Part shown: one piece after another, positions 10,994 through 21,196 of the stretch
How the letters are laid out: the number at the start of each line of letters is the position of its first letter
How positions within the stretch are numbered: the stretch's first letter is position 1
From: an uncultured Acidobacteriota bacterium
Lineage (GTDB): Bacteria > Acidobacteriota > Thermoanaerobaculia > UBA5066 > Gp7-AA6
Assembly (NCBI GenBank): GCA_963764715.1
Contig: CAVXTP010000026.1
Span: 22,346-86,345, forward strand
Direction: 5' to 3'
Length of the DNA: 64,000 bases
Notes under the pieces: model-generated
Databases searched by the model: none
Seen by the model: the letters and a program-made list of their open reading frames with translations, nothing else
What the model was told of the DNA's origin: nothing
Position numbers and translations under genes: made by a program

Positions 10994-11526
10994 GAAAACC
11001 AAACCTCCAGCTTCTTACCCACCGACCGGGAGCTTGAGAAGACGGCCCCGGACGTGCCGCTCCAACCCTTAAATAAGCCCCTTTCCGCTCGCGGGATTCC
11101 AGTCGGAAGCGAAAAAGAGGGGCCCCGCGGCGCCTTCGGGGTCACGCACAATAGCTCATGAAATGACGACGAACGGGGGGAGCTCAAATCGACGCGGAGC
11201 CGGCGCCTTTTCGCGACCGGAGGGCGTCGATGCCCCACGCCCCCCACCGCCGACAGGTAAAACCAGAGAAAACAATAACACCGGTTTCCGCAAAAGGTTA
11301 CACACCCCACGCCCCTCCGAAACCCGGCCAATTTTCCTCCATCCATGCGCCATTTCGGCCCGGAGAAAGCCGAACGGGCGCTGCGCTCGACCGTCCGGCG
11401 CCCGGAGCGGTCGAGGAGGCGAAAAACCCGTACAGGGTTCTACGAAGGGCCGCCCGCGAAGTTGACCCGACCGTCGGGCGCCGCCGCCGGCGACCGGTCG
11501 CCCGGCGAAGGCGCTAGGATCCGCCC

Positions 11527-12039
11527 GTGATCGGCCGACCCGAGCCCTCGGAGCACGTCCCGTACCTCGAGAGATACATCTCGCTGGTTCCCGGCGAAGA
11601 CATCTTCGCGGCGTTCGACTCCGAGACCCGCGCGACACGCGCGCTGCTCGACGCGATCTCGGAGGAGAAGTCGCTCCACCGGTACGACCCCGCCAAGTGG
11701 AGCATCCGCGAGGCGTGGATCCACCTGCTCGACAGCGAGCGCGTCTTCGCCTATCGCGCCCTGCGCTTTGCGCGCGCCGACGAAGCCGCCGTGGAAGGCT
11801 TCGAGCCCGACGAATGGGTCGGGCCCTCGGCGGCGGACCTTCGCTCGTGGCCGTCGATCCGGCAGGAGTACGACGACGTGCGCCGGGCGACGATCGCCTT
11901 CTTCCGCAACCTCCCGCCGCCGGCCTGGTCGAGGAGCGGGATCGCCGGGGGCGGACGGGTCAGCGTCCGCGCTCTGGCCTACACGATCCTCGGCCACGAC
12001 ATCCATCACCGCAACCTGGTTCGCGAACGCTATCTCTGA
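11527..12039 (+). CDS. DinB family protein
   Basis: KWSIREAWIHLLDSERVFAYRALRFAR, GHDIHH. Confidence 0.85.
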   Translation: MIGRPEPSEHVPYLERYISLVPGEDIFAAFDSETRATRALLDAISEEKSLHRYDPAKWSIREAWIHLLDSERVFAYRALRFARADEAAVEGFEPDEWVGPSAADLRSWPSIRQEYDDVRRATIAFFRNLPPPAWSRSGIAGGGRVSVRALAYTILGHDIHHRNLVRERYL

Positions 12040-12211
12040 GCCCCGGGCTCAGGACTTCGGCGCCGGACCGCCCCCTTCCAGACGAGGTCCCACGCCTCGC
12101 GCCGCCGGGCGAAGCCGGTGATCTTCCCTTCCCCGTCGCGCGGGCCTCGGTCTCCGGACGGGCCCAAGAAAAATCCGAAAATTCGGGACCCGATTCCATA
12201 GGATTCGGGTC

Positions 12212-12796
12212 ATGGCGAAGAAAGATCCGCGTATCGATGCGTACATCGCGAAGGCGCAGCCGTTCGCGCAGCCGATCCTCCGGCACATCCGCGCGACGGT
12301 GCACGAGGGCTGTCCCGACGTCGTCGAGACGATCAAGTGGGGCATGCCGCACTTCGAGCACGAGGGCGTGCTCTGCGGCATGGCGGCGTTCAAGGCCCAC
12401 TGCGCCCTCGGGTTCTGGAACCGCGCGCTCGACATTCCGGGCCAGAAAGGCGCGATGGGCCAGTTCGGCTGCGTCACGGCCGTCTCGGACCTTCCGGCGA
12501 AGAAGGTCCTCGTCGGCTACGTGCGCCAGGCCGCGCGCCTGAACGAGACCGGCCGGAAGGTCGGGCCCATCCGCAAGAAGAAGGCGCCGCTGCCCGTGCC
12601 GAAGGAGCTGACGGCCGCGCTGAAGACGAAGGCCGGGGCCGCGGCGAAGTTCAAGGCCTTCTCCCCGAGCCAGCAGCGCGAGTACTCCGAGTGGATTCTC
12701 GAAGCGAAGACCGACGCCACGCGCGCCCGGCGTCTCGCCACCGCGGTCGCGTGGATCGCCGAGGGAAAGCCGCGGAACTGGAAGTACCGGAAGTAG
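12212..12796 (+). CDS. YdeI/OmpD-associated family protein (DUF1801 + OmdA)
   Basis: IDAYIAKA, ETIKWGMPHF, FSPSQQREYSEWILEAKTDATRARR. Confidence 0.88.
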   Translation: MAKKDPRIDAYIAKAQPFAQPILRHIRATVHEGCPDVVETIKWGMPHFEHEGVLCGMAAFKAHCALGFWNRALDIPGQKGAMGQFGCVTAVSDLPAKKVLVGYVRQAARLNETGRKVGPIRKKKAPLPVPKELTAALKTKAGAAAKFKAFSPSQQREYSEWILEAKTDATRARRLATAVAWIAEGKPRNWKYRK

Positions 12797-12814
12797 GCGT
12801 CCGGCGGCGGGCGC

Positions 12815-13768
12815 CTACTGCGGGTTCTCCGAGATCGCGACGAGAACGAGCGTCTCGCCGCAGGGCGTGAACCAGTAGTAGTTGATGAACTTCGCGCCCT
12901 TGGCGTTGACGCCCTCGCTGCGCACCGCGCCGAGGCCCGGGCGGGACTGGAACTCGTCCGGGGTCGGCGTGCCCGGCGACAGAAAGCGGTCGGCGTAGAC
13001 GGCGAAGTCGCCGCCGATCCCTTCGAGACCCCGGATCGCCGCGACCTGGGCGCCCTCGAAGCCCTCCGCCGCGAGGAGCGCCTTGAGGTCCTTCTTCGCG
13101 GCCGCGGCCCGCAGGGCGTCGTAGGCGGTCGTCAGCTGCGCCTCGGTCGGCGAGGCGCCGTCGGGATCGCCCCGGACGCCGTCCATGCGATCGCTTTCGC
13201 TGACTTCGCGGACCTTCGGGCTCAGGACCGGCAGGTCGAACTCGAATTCCCCGTGCTCCTTGTGCTTGACCGTTCCCCTGGCCCGGCCGGCGGCGAGGTC
13301 GAGCCGGCTGATCCAGTGACGTCCTCCGACCTCCTCCTCGCGCCCGGTGCCGCCGAACGCCGTCCCCCGCGTGAAGAATTTCGACTTCCCTTTCGGGTCG
13401 AGCGTCACCTCGACCCAGCCGGCGTCGCGGATCGAAGTCAGCGCCCGCGCGAGGGTCATCGGGCAGGGAGAGCCCGCGAGGACGGGCGATGCGATCGGCT
13501 TGCTCGTCACGTACACGACGGTACCCGCACCGCTCCTCGCGGGATAGGCGATGCCGTCGACGAGGTCGAAGTTGCCGGTGTTGGCGTCGTCGAGGTGCCC
13601 TTTCACGGGGGGCGGGTACGCGTAGGGCACGGGAGTCGGCTCGGCCGGAGCCACGCGGGCCGCGGGAGCGGGCGGACGGACCGGGCCCCCCGGTTTTCCG
13701 CAGGCGATCGGCCCGACGAGGGCGGCCAGGGCAAGGGCCAGGACGCAGGAAAAGCGTGGTTTCGTCAT
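12815..13768 (-). CDS. Hypothetical lipoprotein (beta-rich N-domain plus NTF2-like C-domain)
   Basis: Hydrophobic signal ending PIAC; Pro-rich linker; GGAGG RBS. Confidence 0.6.
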   Translation of the reverse strand: MTKPRFSCVLALALAALVGPIACGKPGGPVRPPAPAARVAPAEPTPVPYAYPPPVKGHLDDANTGNFDLVDGIAYPARSGAGTVVYVTSKPIASPVLAGSPCPMTLARALTSIRDAGWVEVTLDPKGKSKFFTRGTAFGGTGREEEVGGRHWISRLDLAAGRARGTVKHKEHGEFEFDLPVLSPKVREVSESDRMDGVRGDPDGASPTEAQLTTAYDALRAAAAKKDLKALLAAEGFEGAQVAAIRGLEGIGGDFAVYADRFLSPGTPTPDEFQSRPGLGAVRSEGVNAKGAKFINYYWFTPCGETLVLVAISENPQ

Positions 13769-13835
13769 GAAAGCCTCCTCGCGCTCGAGCCGTCCGGTTC
13801 CGGGATTTCTCGAAAAGATATCCGATCCGGCGCAA

Positions 13836-13879
13836 CCTATGGCTTGCCCATACGTCTAGAGATATTGTCATCCCATAGG
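13836..13879. promoter_or_regulatory. Tandem palindromic operators upstream of PadR-1 (consensus CCTATGG-N5-CCATAGG)
   Basis: CCTATGG-CTTGC-CCATACG (13836-13854) and GATATTG-TCATC-CCATAGG (13861-13879). Confidence 0.55.
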
Positions 13880-13896
13880 AGAGGGGCCGCTCGACC

Positions 13897-14241
13897 ATGA
13901 CCGAAAAGCAGGACGTCTGGCAGGGAACGCTGGCGCTGATGGTCCTGAAGACCCTCCAGACGCTCGGCCCGCTCCACGGCTACGGCATCGCCCGCCGGAT
14001 CGAGCAGACGAGCGGCGACCGGCTGTCGGTCAACTACGGGACGCTCTACCCCGCGCTCTTGAAGCTCGAGCAGGAGGGCTTCGTCGCCTCCGAGTGGGGC
14101 GTCTCGGACAACAACCGGCGGGCCAAGTACTACCGGCTGACGCGCGCCGGCCGCCGCCAGGCCGAGCTCGAAACGCGCGAGTGGGAGCGCACGACCGCGA
14201 TCCTGGCGCGGTTCCTGGCGCCGGCCGGGGAGCGCGCGTGA
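13897..14241 (+). CDS. PadR family transcriptional regulator (acidobacterial type)
   Basis: QGTLALMVLKTL, HGYGIARRI, GTLYPALLKLE, SEWGVSDNNRRAKYY; GTGA overlap with the next gene. Confidence 0.92.
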   Translation: MTEKQDVWQGTLALMVLKTLQTLGPLHGYGIARRIEQTSGDRLSVNYGTLYPALLKLEQEGFVASEWGVSDNNRRAKYYRLTRAGRRQAELETREWERTTAILARFLAPAGERA

Positions 14242-16898
14242 GGGCCGTCCGGGCGTTCTTCATGCGACTGGCGGGGGTCTTCGGCCGGTCCCGCCAGGAG
14301 CGGGAGCTCGCCGAAGAGCTCGAGGCGCACCTCCAGATGCACACCGAGGACAACCTCCGGGCCGGCATGACGCCGGACGAGGCGCGCCGCGCGGCGGCGC
14401 TGAAGCTCGGCGGCCTCGAGGCGACCAAGGAGAGCCTGCGCGACCGGCGCCGGGTCCCCTTCCTGGAGACGGCCCTGCGGGACCTGCGCTTCGCGGCGCG
14501 CTCGCTCCGCAAGAGCCCGGGCTTCACGGCCGTCACGATCGCGACCCTCGCCCTCGGCATCGGGGCCAACACCGCCATCTTCACGCTCGTTCACGCCGTG
14601 ATGATCGAGCCGCTTCCCTTCCGCGCGCCCGAGCGGCTCGTCGCCGTGTGGGAGGAGAACGACCAGCGGCCCGGCCGCTCGAACGTCATCTCGCCCTCGA
14701 ACTTCATCCGCTGGCAGGAGCGCTCGAACGTCTTCGAATCCATGGCGGCCTTCGTCGACTTTCGCGCGGCCCTGACCGGACGGGAAGCGCCCGAGGAGCT
14801 CGTCGCGATGGCGGTGAACTCGAACTTCTTCTCGACGCTCGGCGCCGCCCCGCTGGTCGGCCGGACGTTCGCGCCCGACGAGGGGACCGAGGGCCACGAC
14901 TCCGTGACCGTCCTGAGCCACGGCCTCTGGCAGCGGCGTTTCGGGGCCGACCCGGGAATCGTCGGACGGACCATCCAGTTGAACGGCCGGCCCTTCACGG
15001 TGATCGGCGTCATGCCTCCGCGCTTCGGCCTGTTCTTCAAGAGCGGCTCGCTCGTCGGCAAGCCCGCGGAGCTCTGGGAGCCGCTGGCGTTCACGGCGAA
15101 GCACCGACAGCCCCACGGCCGGTACATGAGCGCGGTGGCGCGGCTGGCCCCGGGAAAGTCCCTGGAGGAGGCCCGGGCGCAGATGAAGGCGATCGCCGCC
15201 GGCCTCGTCGCGGAGTTTCCGGACCACGACACGGGATGGACGGTCGAGCTCGTGCCGATCCACCGGGAGATCGCCGGGCCGATGCGGCCGATCCTGCTGG
15301 TCCTCTTCGGCGCCGTCGCCTTCGTGCTCCTCGTCGCGTGCGCCAACGTGGCGAGCCTGCTGCTCGCGCGCGGGACCTCGCGGGTCCGGGAGCTCGCCAT
15401 CCGGACGGCGCTCGGCGCCTCGCGCGCGCGCGTCCTGTGGCAGCTCATGGCGGAGAACCTGCTGCTCGCCCTTCTCGGCGGGGCCTTCGGCCTGCTGCTC
15501 GCGCGCTGGGGGGTCCAGCTCCTCGTCGCCCTCTCCCCGGCGGAACTGACTGCCCTCGGCCGCGTGCGCCTGAGCGCCCCCGTCCTCGGCTTCACCGGCC
15601 TCGTGTCGGTCCTGACGGCCGCGATCTGCGGCCTCGCCCCGGCCTTCGCCGGCTCGCGCACCGACGTCCAGGAATCCCTCCGGGAGGGCGCGCGCCAGGG
15701 CGGCGCGGGCGCGCGGACCCGGCGTCTCCGCAAGGTCTTCGTGGTCTCGGAGATCGCGCTCGCCGTCGTGCTCCTCGCCGGCGCCGGCCTCATGCGGAAG
15801 AGCCTGCGCACGCTCGGCCGCGTCGACCCGGGCTTCGCGCGCGAGGGCATCCTGACCGCCCGCGTCAACCTGCCGACGGCCCGCTACAAGGAAGACCCGG
15901 AGGTCATGCGGTTCTACGCGCAGGCCCTCGACCGCATCCGCGCCCTGCCCGGCGTCCGCGCCGCGGGCGCGGTCAGCTTCCTGCCGTTCGCGGGGCTCGG
16001 CGCCGCCACGGACCTCGTCATCGTCGGCGATCCCGCTCCGCCCCGGGGCCAGGAGCCCGGCACCGAGGTCCGCGTCTGCGACAACGGCTACTTCGGCGTC
16101 ATGGGCATCCGGCTGCTGCGCGGCCGCCTCTTCACCGATCTCGAGCAGCGCCAGCAGGGCAACGTCGTGGTCGTGAGCGAATCCTTCGCCCGGGACTACT
16201 TCTCCGGCCGGGAAGCGCTCGGCCGCCAGATCAAGGTCGACATGTCGGACGAGAACGTCCCGATGGAGATCGTCGGCATCGTCAGCGACATCCACCACGC
16301 CGACCTGCTCACCGGGCCCCGCCCCATGACGTACTACCCCGTCCCCCAGCTCGTCTACAACGGGATGACGCTGACGGTCCGCACGGAAGGCGACCCGCTC
16401 GCGGCCGCGCCGGCGATCGAGCGCGCGATCCAGTCGATCGACAAGGACCAGCCCCTCTCCGACATCCGGACCATGGACCAGTGGGTCGCACGGTCGCTCG
16501 CACGGGAGCGCTTCGGATCGACGCTTCTCCTCCTCTTCGCGGCGCTGGCGCTGCTGCTCGCGGCGATCGGGATCTACGGCGTCATGTCCTACGTGGTCGG
16601 TCAGCGGACGGCCGAGTTCGGAATCCGCGCCGCCCTCGGCGCCGACGCCGGAGACCTCCGCGCGCTCATCCTGCGCGACGGCGGGCGGCTCGTGCTCGCC
16701 GGGCTCGCGATCGGCACGCCGCTCGCGCTCCTCCTCGGCCGCGCCGTGACGCGCCTCCTCTACGAGACCGGCTGGGCCGACCCGCTCACGTTCGCCGCGG
16801 TCCTGGGGCTGCTCGCCGCCGTCGCGCTCCTCGCGAGCTACCTGCCCGCGAGACGTGCGGCGCGGATCGCGCCGGTCGAGGCGCTGCGGCACTCCTGA
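14238..16898 (+). CDS. ADOP-type duplicated ABC permease (MacB-PCD/FtsX x2) with N-terminal helical prefix
   Basis: ELAEELEAHL..GMTPDEARRAA prefix; LALGIGANTAIF, ACANVASLLLAR, GIYGVMSY, ARRAARIAPVEALR. Confidence 0.92.
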   Translation: MRAVRAFFMRLAGVFGRSRQERELAEELEAHLQMHTEDNLRAGMTPDEARRAAALKLGGLEATKESLRDRRRVPFLETALRDLRFAARSLRKSPGFTAVTIATLALGIGANTAIFTLVHAVMIEPLPFRAPERLVAVWEENDQRPGRSNVISPSNFIRWQERSNVFESMAAFVDFRAALTGREAPEELVAMAVNSNFFSTLGAAPLVGRTFAPDEGTEGHDSVTVLSHGLWQRRFGADPGIVGRTIQLNGRPFTVIGVMPPRFGLFFKSGSLVGKPAELWEPLAFTAKHRQPHGRYMSAVARLAPGKSLEEARAQMKAIAAGLVAEFPDHDTGWTVELVPIHREIAGPMRPILLVLFGAVAFVLLVACANVASLLLARGTSRVRELAIRTALGASRARVLWQLMAENLLLALLGGAFGLLLARWGVQLLVALSPAELTALGRVRLSAPVLGFTGLVSVLTAAICGLAPAFAGSRTDVQESLREGARQGGAGARTRRLRKVFVVSEIALAVVLLAGAGLMRKSLRTLGRVDPGFAREGILTARVNLPTARYKEDPEVMRFYAQALDRIRALPGVRAAGAVSFLPFAGLGAATDLVIVGDPAPPRGQEPGTEVRVCDNGYFGVMGIRLLRGRLFTDLEQRQQGNVVVVSESFARDYFSGREALGRQIKVDMSDENVPMEIVGIVSDIHHADLLTGPRPMTYYPVPQLVYNGMTLTVRTEGDPLAAAPAIERAIQSIDKDQPLSDIRTMDQWVARSLARERFGSTLLLLFAALALLLAAIGIYGVMSYVVGQRTAEFGIRAALGADAGDLRALILRDGGRLVLAGLAIGTPLALLLGRAVTRLLYETGWADPLTFAAVLGLLAAVALLASYLPARRAARIAPVEALRHS

Positions 16899-16908
16899 TC
16901 CGGTCGGC

Positions 16909-18534
16909 CTATCGCGGCGGCTCCACGCGTTCGCAGATCAGGGGCCACGGACCCGGGGGCTCCAGCGGAAAGGTCTCCGCCGAAGCCGCCGCGAGCCTGG
17001 ACGGATCGTTCAGGTCGAAGAGCATCGCGCTGACGGGGAACAGCGGCTTTTCGGAGGGCACGGCGACCGACAGGCGTCGGACGCCGATCGTGGAAAGGTA
17101 GTTCTCGACGCTCGCGCGCGGAGGCTGGAAGGGCGGAACGGCGGAGGCGATGATCCAGACGCGGGGCCGGCCCCGATACCGGTCGACCTCGCGGAGCATC
17201 ACCCGGCGGTCCTCGGCGGAACAGCTTCCGACCTGATAGTCGCCCGCAGCAAGTCCGTACGCGGGACCGTAGCGCTCGACGGCCTCGCCGGCGATCGGCG
17301 TGAAGAAGACGGCGTCGCCCGTCTGGCGGTGCGCGCGCACGAAGGCGAGCACGGTCTTGTAGTCCTCGACGAAGTAGGGCGGAGGCACGCGGACGAAGGC
17401 CCAGGCCGGCCCCGCAACGAAAAGAAGAACCATGCACGCCGCGCCGAGCGCCGGGTGGACGCGGGCGGCCGTCCGTCGCAGCCACTCGGCTCCCTGCGCG
17501 AGGGCGAGGACGAGGCCGGGAAGAACGTACAGCACGAGCCGCGTACGAAAGGGATAGAGCTGCGCGACGGCCGCGGCGACCGCCACGGCGAACGGCCCGA
17601 GCACGACGAGCGCGCTCCCGCGATTTCTCCTCCAGAGGACGATCAATCCCACGGCGACCACCGTTCCGTAGAGCGCCGGCCAGAGGTACCGGAGGACCAT
17701 GTCGTCCCCGAAGAGCTGCGTCGTCCGGTCCCAGAGCCAGAGAAGGTCCGCGGGCTTTCGGATGGGCCAGGGCGGAAAGCCGCCTCGCGCCCGCCAGAAC
17801 CGGTCCATGAACGCCCGCGTGTCCGGCGCGATGAGGCGCAGGCCCACGAGGGCCGCGGCGAGGGAAGCGATCGCCCAGACCGGGACGGCGACGACGAGCG
17901 CGCGGCGGGTCGGCCGATCCCGGTCGATCAGCCAGGCGAGGAGCAGGGCCGCTCCCAGGCCGGCCAGCGCGAACACGGCGGCCTGCGAAAACCACACGAG
18001 CACGGCGCCGGCGATCGCCGCGCGGACGCACCGTCCCGTCGTCGAATCCGGATCGCGCAGGCGCAGGGCGAGGAGCGACATCGCGATCACCGCCGCCATG
18101 TCGATCCCGTACTGCTTCACCTCGGCGCAGTACCGGATGAAGGGCGCGCCGATCGCGAACGTGGCGACGGCGAACGGGACCGCGTAGCCGTCGAGGACGC
18201 GCCGGGCGAGGGGCAGGAAGAGGACGAGCCCCGCGAGGCCGACCGGCAGGAGGAGGAACCGGAGCGCGAGATCGCTTTCGCCGAGAACGCGGCTGATCGC
18301 CTTCTCGGCGAGGAGAAAGCCGACGGGCGCGACCTGCTTGTAACCGAGCGGCTCGGTCGCGAGCTGCGCCGCGGAGCGGTGGACGAGGTTCTTGACGAGC
18401 GACAGCTCGTCGAACCAGAGCGACCTGTCGCAGGCGAACTGGTAGACGCGGAGCAGCGCACCGATCGCGACGAGCGACCAGAGGAAGGCGGGGCGGCACA
18501 CCGCGGGCGGCCGGGCGGACGGCTGACCGTTCAA
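16909..18534 (-). CDS. GT-C fold membrane glycosyltransferase (ArnT/GT39-like)
   Basis: SLWFDE after the first TM helix, EVKQY, many TM helices, soluble C-terminal domain. Confidence 0.65.
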   Translation of the reverse strand: MNGQPSARPPAVCRPAFLWSLVAIGALLRVYQFACDRSLWFDELSLVKNLVHRSAAQLATEPLGYKQVAPVGFLLAEKAISRVLGESDLALRFLLLPVGLAGLVLFLPLARRVLDGYAVPFAVATFAIGAPFIRYCAEVKQYGIDMAAVIAMSLLALRLRDPDSTTGRCVRAAIAGAVLVWFSQAAVFALAGLGAALLLAWLIDRDRPTRRALVVAVPVWAIASLAAALVGLRLIAPDTRAFMDRFWRARGGFPPWPIRKPADLLWLWDRTTQLFGDDMVLRYLWPALYGTVVAVGLIVLWRRNRGSALVVLGPFAVAVAAAVAQLYPFRTRLVLYVLPGLVLALAQGAEWLRRTAARVHPALGAACMVLLFVAGPAWAFVRVPPPYFVEDYKTVLAFVRAHRQTGDAVFFTPIAGEAVERYGPAYGLAAGDYQVGSCSAEDRRVMLREVDRYRGRPRVWIIASAVPPFQPPRASVENYLSTIGVRRLSVAVPSEKPLFPVSAMLFDLNDPSRLAAASAETFPLEPPGPWPLICERVEPPR

Positions 18535-18593
18535 GTGCCGATAGAGTACGTCAGGAGGCGGCCCGGCGCGCCCGGCGCTAGACTTCTCCCCCA

Positions 18594-20216
18594 GTGCAGG
18601 CCCTCGAGCTCATCCTCGTGCTGCTGGCGGCGACCGCCGCGCTGAATCTGCTGGCGGTCCGGCTCGTCGTGCCGCCGCCGGTGCTGCTCGTCCTCGGCGG
18701 CGCGATCCTGGCGGCGATCCCGGAGCTTCCCCGGCCGAACCTCTCGCCCGAGGTCATCTTCCTCGTGTTCGTTCCGCCGCTCCTCTACTGGACGGCGGTC
18801 AACACCTCCTGGCGGGACTTCCGGACGAACCTGCGCCCGATCTCGCTGCTCGCCGTCGGCCTCGTGCTCGCGACGATGGGCGCCGTCGCGGTCGTCGCCC
18901 ACGCCCTCGCCCCGGAGATCGGCTGGGGGGCGGCCTTCGTGCTGGGCGCGATCGTGTCGCCGCCCGACCCGGTCGCGGTGACGGCCGTGACGCGGCGGCT
19001 CTCCGTCGCCCGCGACATCGTCACGATCCTGGAGGGCGAGGGCCTCGTCAACGACGCGACGGCGCTCGTGGCCTACCGGATGGCCGTGGCCGCCGTCGTC
19101 GCCGGCGGCTTCTCGCTCGGCGAGGCCGCGGTCGGGTTCGCCTGGAGCGCGGCCGGAGGCCTCGGCGTGGGGCTCGCGGTCGGGGCGGGCATCGCGTGGA
19201 TCCGGAGGCGCATCGGCAAGGCGCCCGTCGTCGAGAACACCATCTCCGTCCTGACGCCCTTCGCCGCGTACATCCCGGCCGAGCGGCTGGGCACCTCGGG
19301 CGTGCTGGCGGTCGTGGCCGTCGGCTTGTACCTCGGGCGCCGCGCGCCGCGCCTGATCTCGCCGGAGACCCGCACCCAGTCGACCGCGATGTGGGAGATG
19401 TTCTCGTTCTTTCTCGAGGGCCTGATCTTCATCCTCATCGGCCTCGAGCTGCCCTTCGTCCTGGCCGCGCTCCACGAGTATTCGGCCGGCCGGCTCGCCG
19501 CCCTCGCGGCGGCCGTCTCGGGGGCCGCGATCGTGGTGCGCATGATCTGGGTCTTCCCGGGCAGCTTCCTGACGCGCCGGGTCCTCCGGGGGCTCGGAAG
19601 CGAGGAGAAGGACCCGCCCTGGCGCGCCGTGGCCTTCATCGGCTGGGCCGGCCTGCGCGGAGGCGACTCGCTCGTCATCGCCCTCGCGCTGCCGCTGTCC
19701 GTCGCCGCGGGAACGCCCTTCCCCGGCCGGGACCTCATCCTGTTCCTGACGTTCGCGGTCATCTTCGTCACGCTCGTCCTCCAGGGCCTGACGCTCAAGG
19801 CGGTCATCCGCGGCCTCGGCCTGCGCCCGGACGCGGCGACCGAGGAGGAGGTGCTCAAGGCCCGCGAGCGCGTCTCCGCGGCGGGCCTCGCGGCGCTGCG
19901 GGCGCAGCCGGCCGAGGACGCGGAATCGAAGGAGGCCCTCGCCGCGCTCGAGGAGAAGTACCGGCACCGTTCGCACCGCTACGCGGCGCGGCTGCGCGGC
20001 GAGCGCCACGCGCGGGACGAGCACCGCAGCGAGGCCTCCCGCCGCATGCGCCTGTCCATGATCGCCGCCGAGCGCGACGCGCTCCTGAGGCTTCGCGACG
20101 AGAACGTCATCTCCGACGACGTCATGCGCGACATCCAGCGGGACCTCGATCTCGAGCAGATCCTGATCGAGTCGCGGGAGGCCGCGCAGGGAGTGATGGA
20201 GGAGGCGCCGGCGTAG
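18594..20216 (+). CDS. CPA1 family Na+/H+ antiporter
   Basis: VPPLLY, SPPDPVA, ILEGEGLVNDATALV, GWAGLRGG, LVLQGLTL. Confidence 0.92.
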   Translation: MQALELILVLLAATAALNLLAVRLVVPPPVLLVLGGAILAAIPELPRPNLSPEVIFLVFVPPLLYWTAVNTSWRDFRTNLRPISLLAVGLVLATMGAVAVVAHALAPEIGWGAAFVLGAIVSPPDPVAVTAVTRRLSVARDIVTILEGEGLVNDATALVAYRMAVAAVVAGGFSLGEAAVGFAWSAAGGLGVGLAVGAGIAWIRRRIGKAPVVENTISVLTPFAAYIPAERLGTSGVLAVVAVGLYLGRRAPRLISPETRTQSTAMWEMFSFFLEGLIFILIGLELPFVLAALHEYSAGRLAALAAAVSGAAIVVRMIWVFPGSFLTRRVLRGLGSEEKDPPWRAVAFIGWAGLRGGDSLVIALALPLSVAAGTPFPGRDLILFLTFAVIFVTLVLQGLTLKAVIRGLGLRPDAATEEEVLKARERVSAAGLAALRAQPAEDAESKEALAALEEKYRHRSHRYAARLRGERHARDEHRSEASRRMRLSMIAAERDALLRLRDENVISDDVMRDIQRDLDLEQILIESREAAQGVMEEAPA

Positions 20217-20270
20217 GGTCGGCCGGGAAAGGGATAAATCACGCCCCGCCGCTACATCCGGGCTCTGGTC

Positions 20271-20329
20271 GTAGGGGCGGCCCTTGTGGCCGCCCGGCTC
20301 TTCCGGGCGGGGACAAGCCCCGCCCCTAC
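20271..20329. repeat. GTAG-type REP doublet (copy A)
   Basis: GTAGGGGCGGCCCTTGTGGCCGCCC and inverted GGGCGGGGACAAGCCCCGCCCCTAC between convergent genes. Confidence 0.75.
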
Positions 20330-21135
20330 TTTTTGTGGCGCTTGCCGAAGATCTCGTCGTATTCCGGCCAGTCGTCGACGAGGCGGAGTCCGAAGCCCGT
20401 CGGAGCGGTCGCCGGATCGCCCGTTTCGACGCTCCGCACGACGCGACCGGTCAGCGCGAGCTTGCGCCCGCCGGGCAGGTTGACGGTCAGCCGCAGCACC
20501 GGCCCGGTTCCGGGCACGAGGTTCGACCGCACGAACATGCCGCGCCGCGAGATGTCGCCCGTGACGCCCGTGCCGCGGAGAGCCCCCTGCGTGAACTCGA
20601 CCGTCATCTCGGCGCGGCGGCGGCGCGTGACGCGCGTCTCGCTCGTCCCGATCCCGGGCCGCCGCGGAACGGGAGGCCACGGGTTGCCGGGCGCCGGCGG
20701 GGGCGGCGCGAAGTCCTGCGACGTCTCCACCCGCGCGATCTTCCCGCCGACGGTCCGGCCGTCGACCGGGACGAGGCAGCGGAACGCGACCGGGAAGATC
20801 CTCTTCGCCTCCTTCCCCAGGGCGCGCCACTGCTTCGCCAGTTTCTCCGCCGAGACCGACCCGTCGAACCAGAAGGCGACGTGGCCGGCTTTCGTCAGGA
20901 TGACCGGCTGAAGGTAGTCGACGCTCGTGCCCTCGGCCGGAAAGCAGAAGCCCTCGTACCGGGTCGCGTCGGCGAGATCGAACTCGGTCGCGGCGAGGAA
21001 GATCTCGTCGTCCGTCTCCGACAACGACGCGCGCTTCGCCGGGGAAACCAGCGCCGCCGGGCCGCTGCCGCCCTCGTAGCGCCAGACCGGGCTCGACGCG
21101 AAGTCCTCGATCGTCAGGTCGACGAGGCGTTTCAC
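20326..21135 (-). CDS. Unknown N-terminal domain fused to a PilZ domain
   Basis: GTG start at 21135; Pro-rich linker; RVTRRRR and DISRRG match the PilZ RxxxR and DxSxxG motifs. Confidence 0.7.
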   Translation of the reverse strand: MKRLVDLTIEDFASSPVWRYEGGSGPAALVSPAKRASLSETDDEIFLAATEFDLADATRYEGFCFPAEGTSVDYLQPVILTKAGHVAFWFDGSVSAEKLAKQWRALGKEAKRIFPVAFRCLVPVDGRTVGGKIARVETSQDFAPPPPAPGNPWPPVPRRPGIGTSETRVTRRRRAEMTVEFTQGALRGTGVTGDISRRGMFVRSNLVPGTGPVLRLTVNLPGGRKLALTGRVVRSVETGDPATAPTGFGLRLVDDWPEYDEIFGKRHKK

Positions 21136-21196
21136 GGGACAGAGGTTATGACAAGACGGGCGTCGCGCGGCACCGGGCATGATCGAATGGGCCGCG

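Noticed and set aside
11140-11150. GGTCACGCACA, resembling the start of a c-di-GMP-I riboswitch
   Set aside because: The GNRA-loop and receptor stems do not follow, and it is on the wrong strand for the efflux operon.
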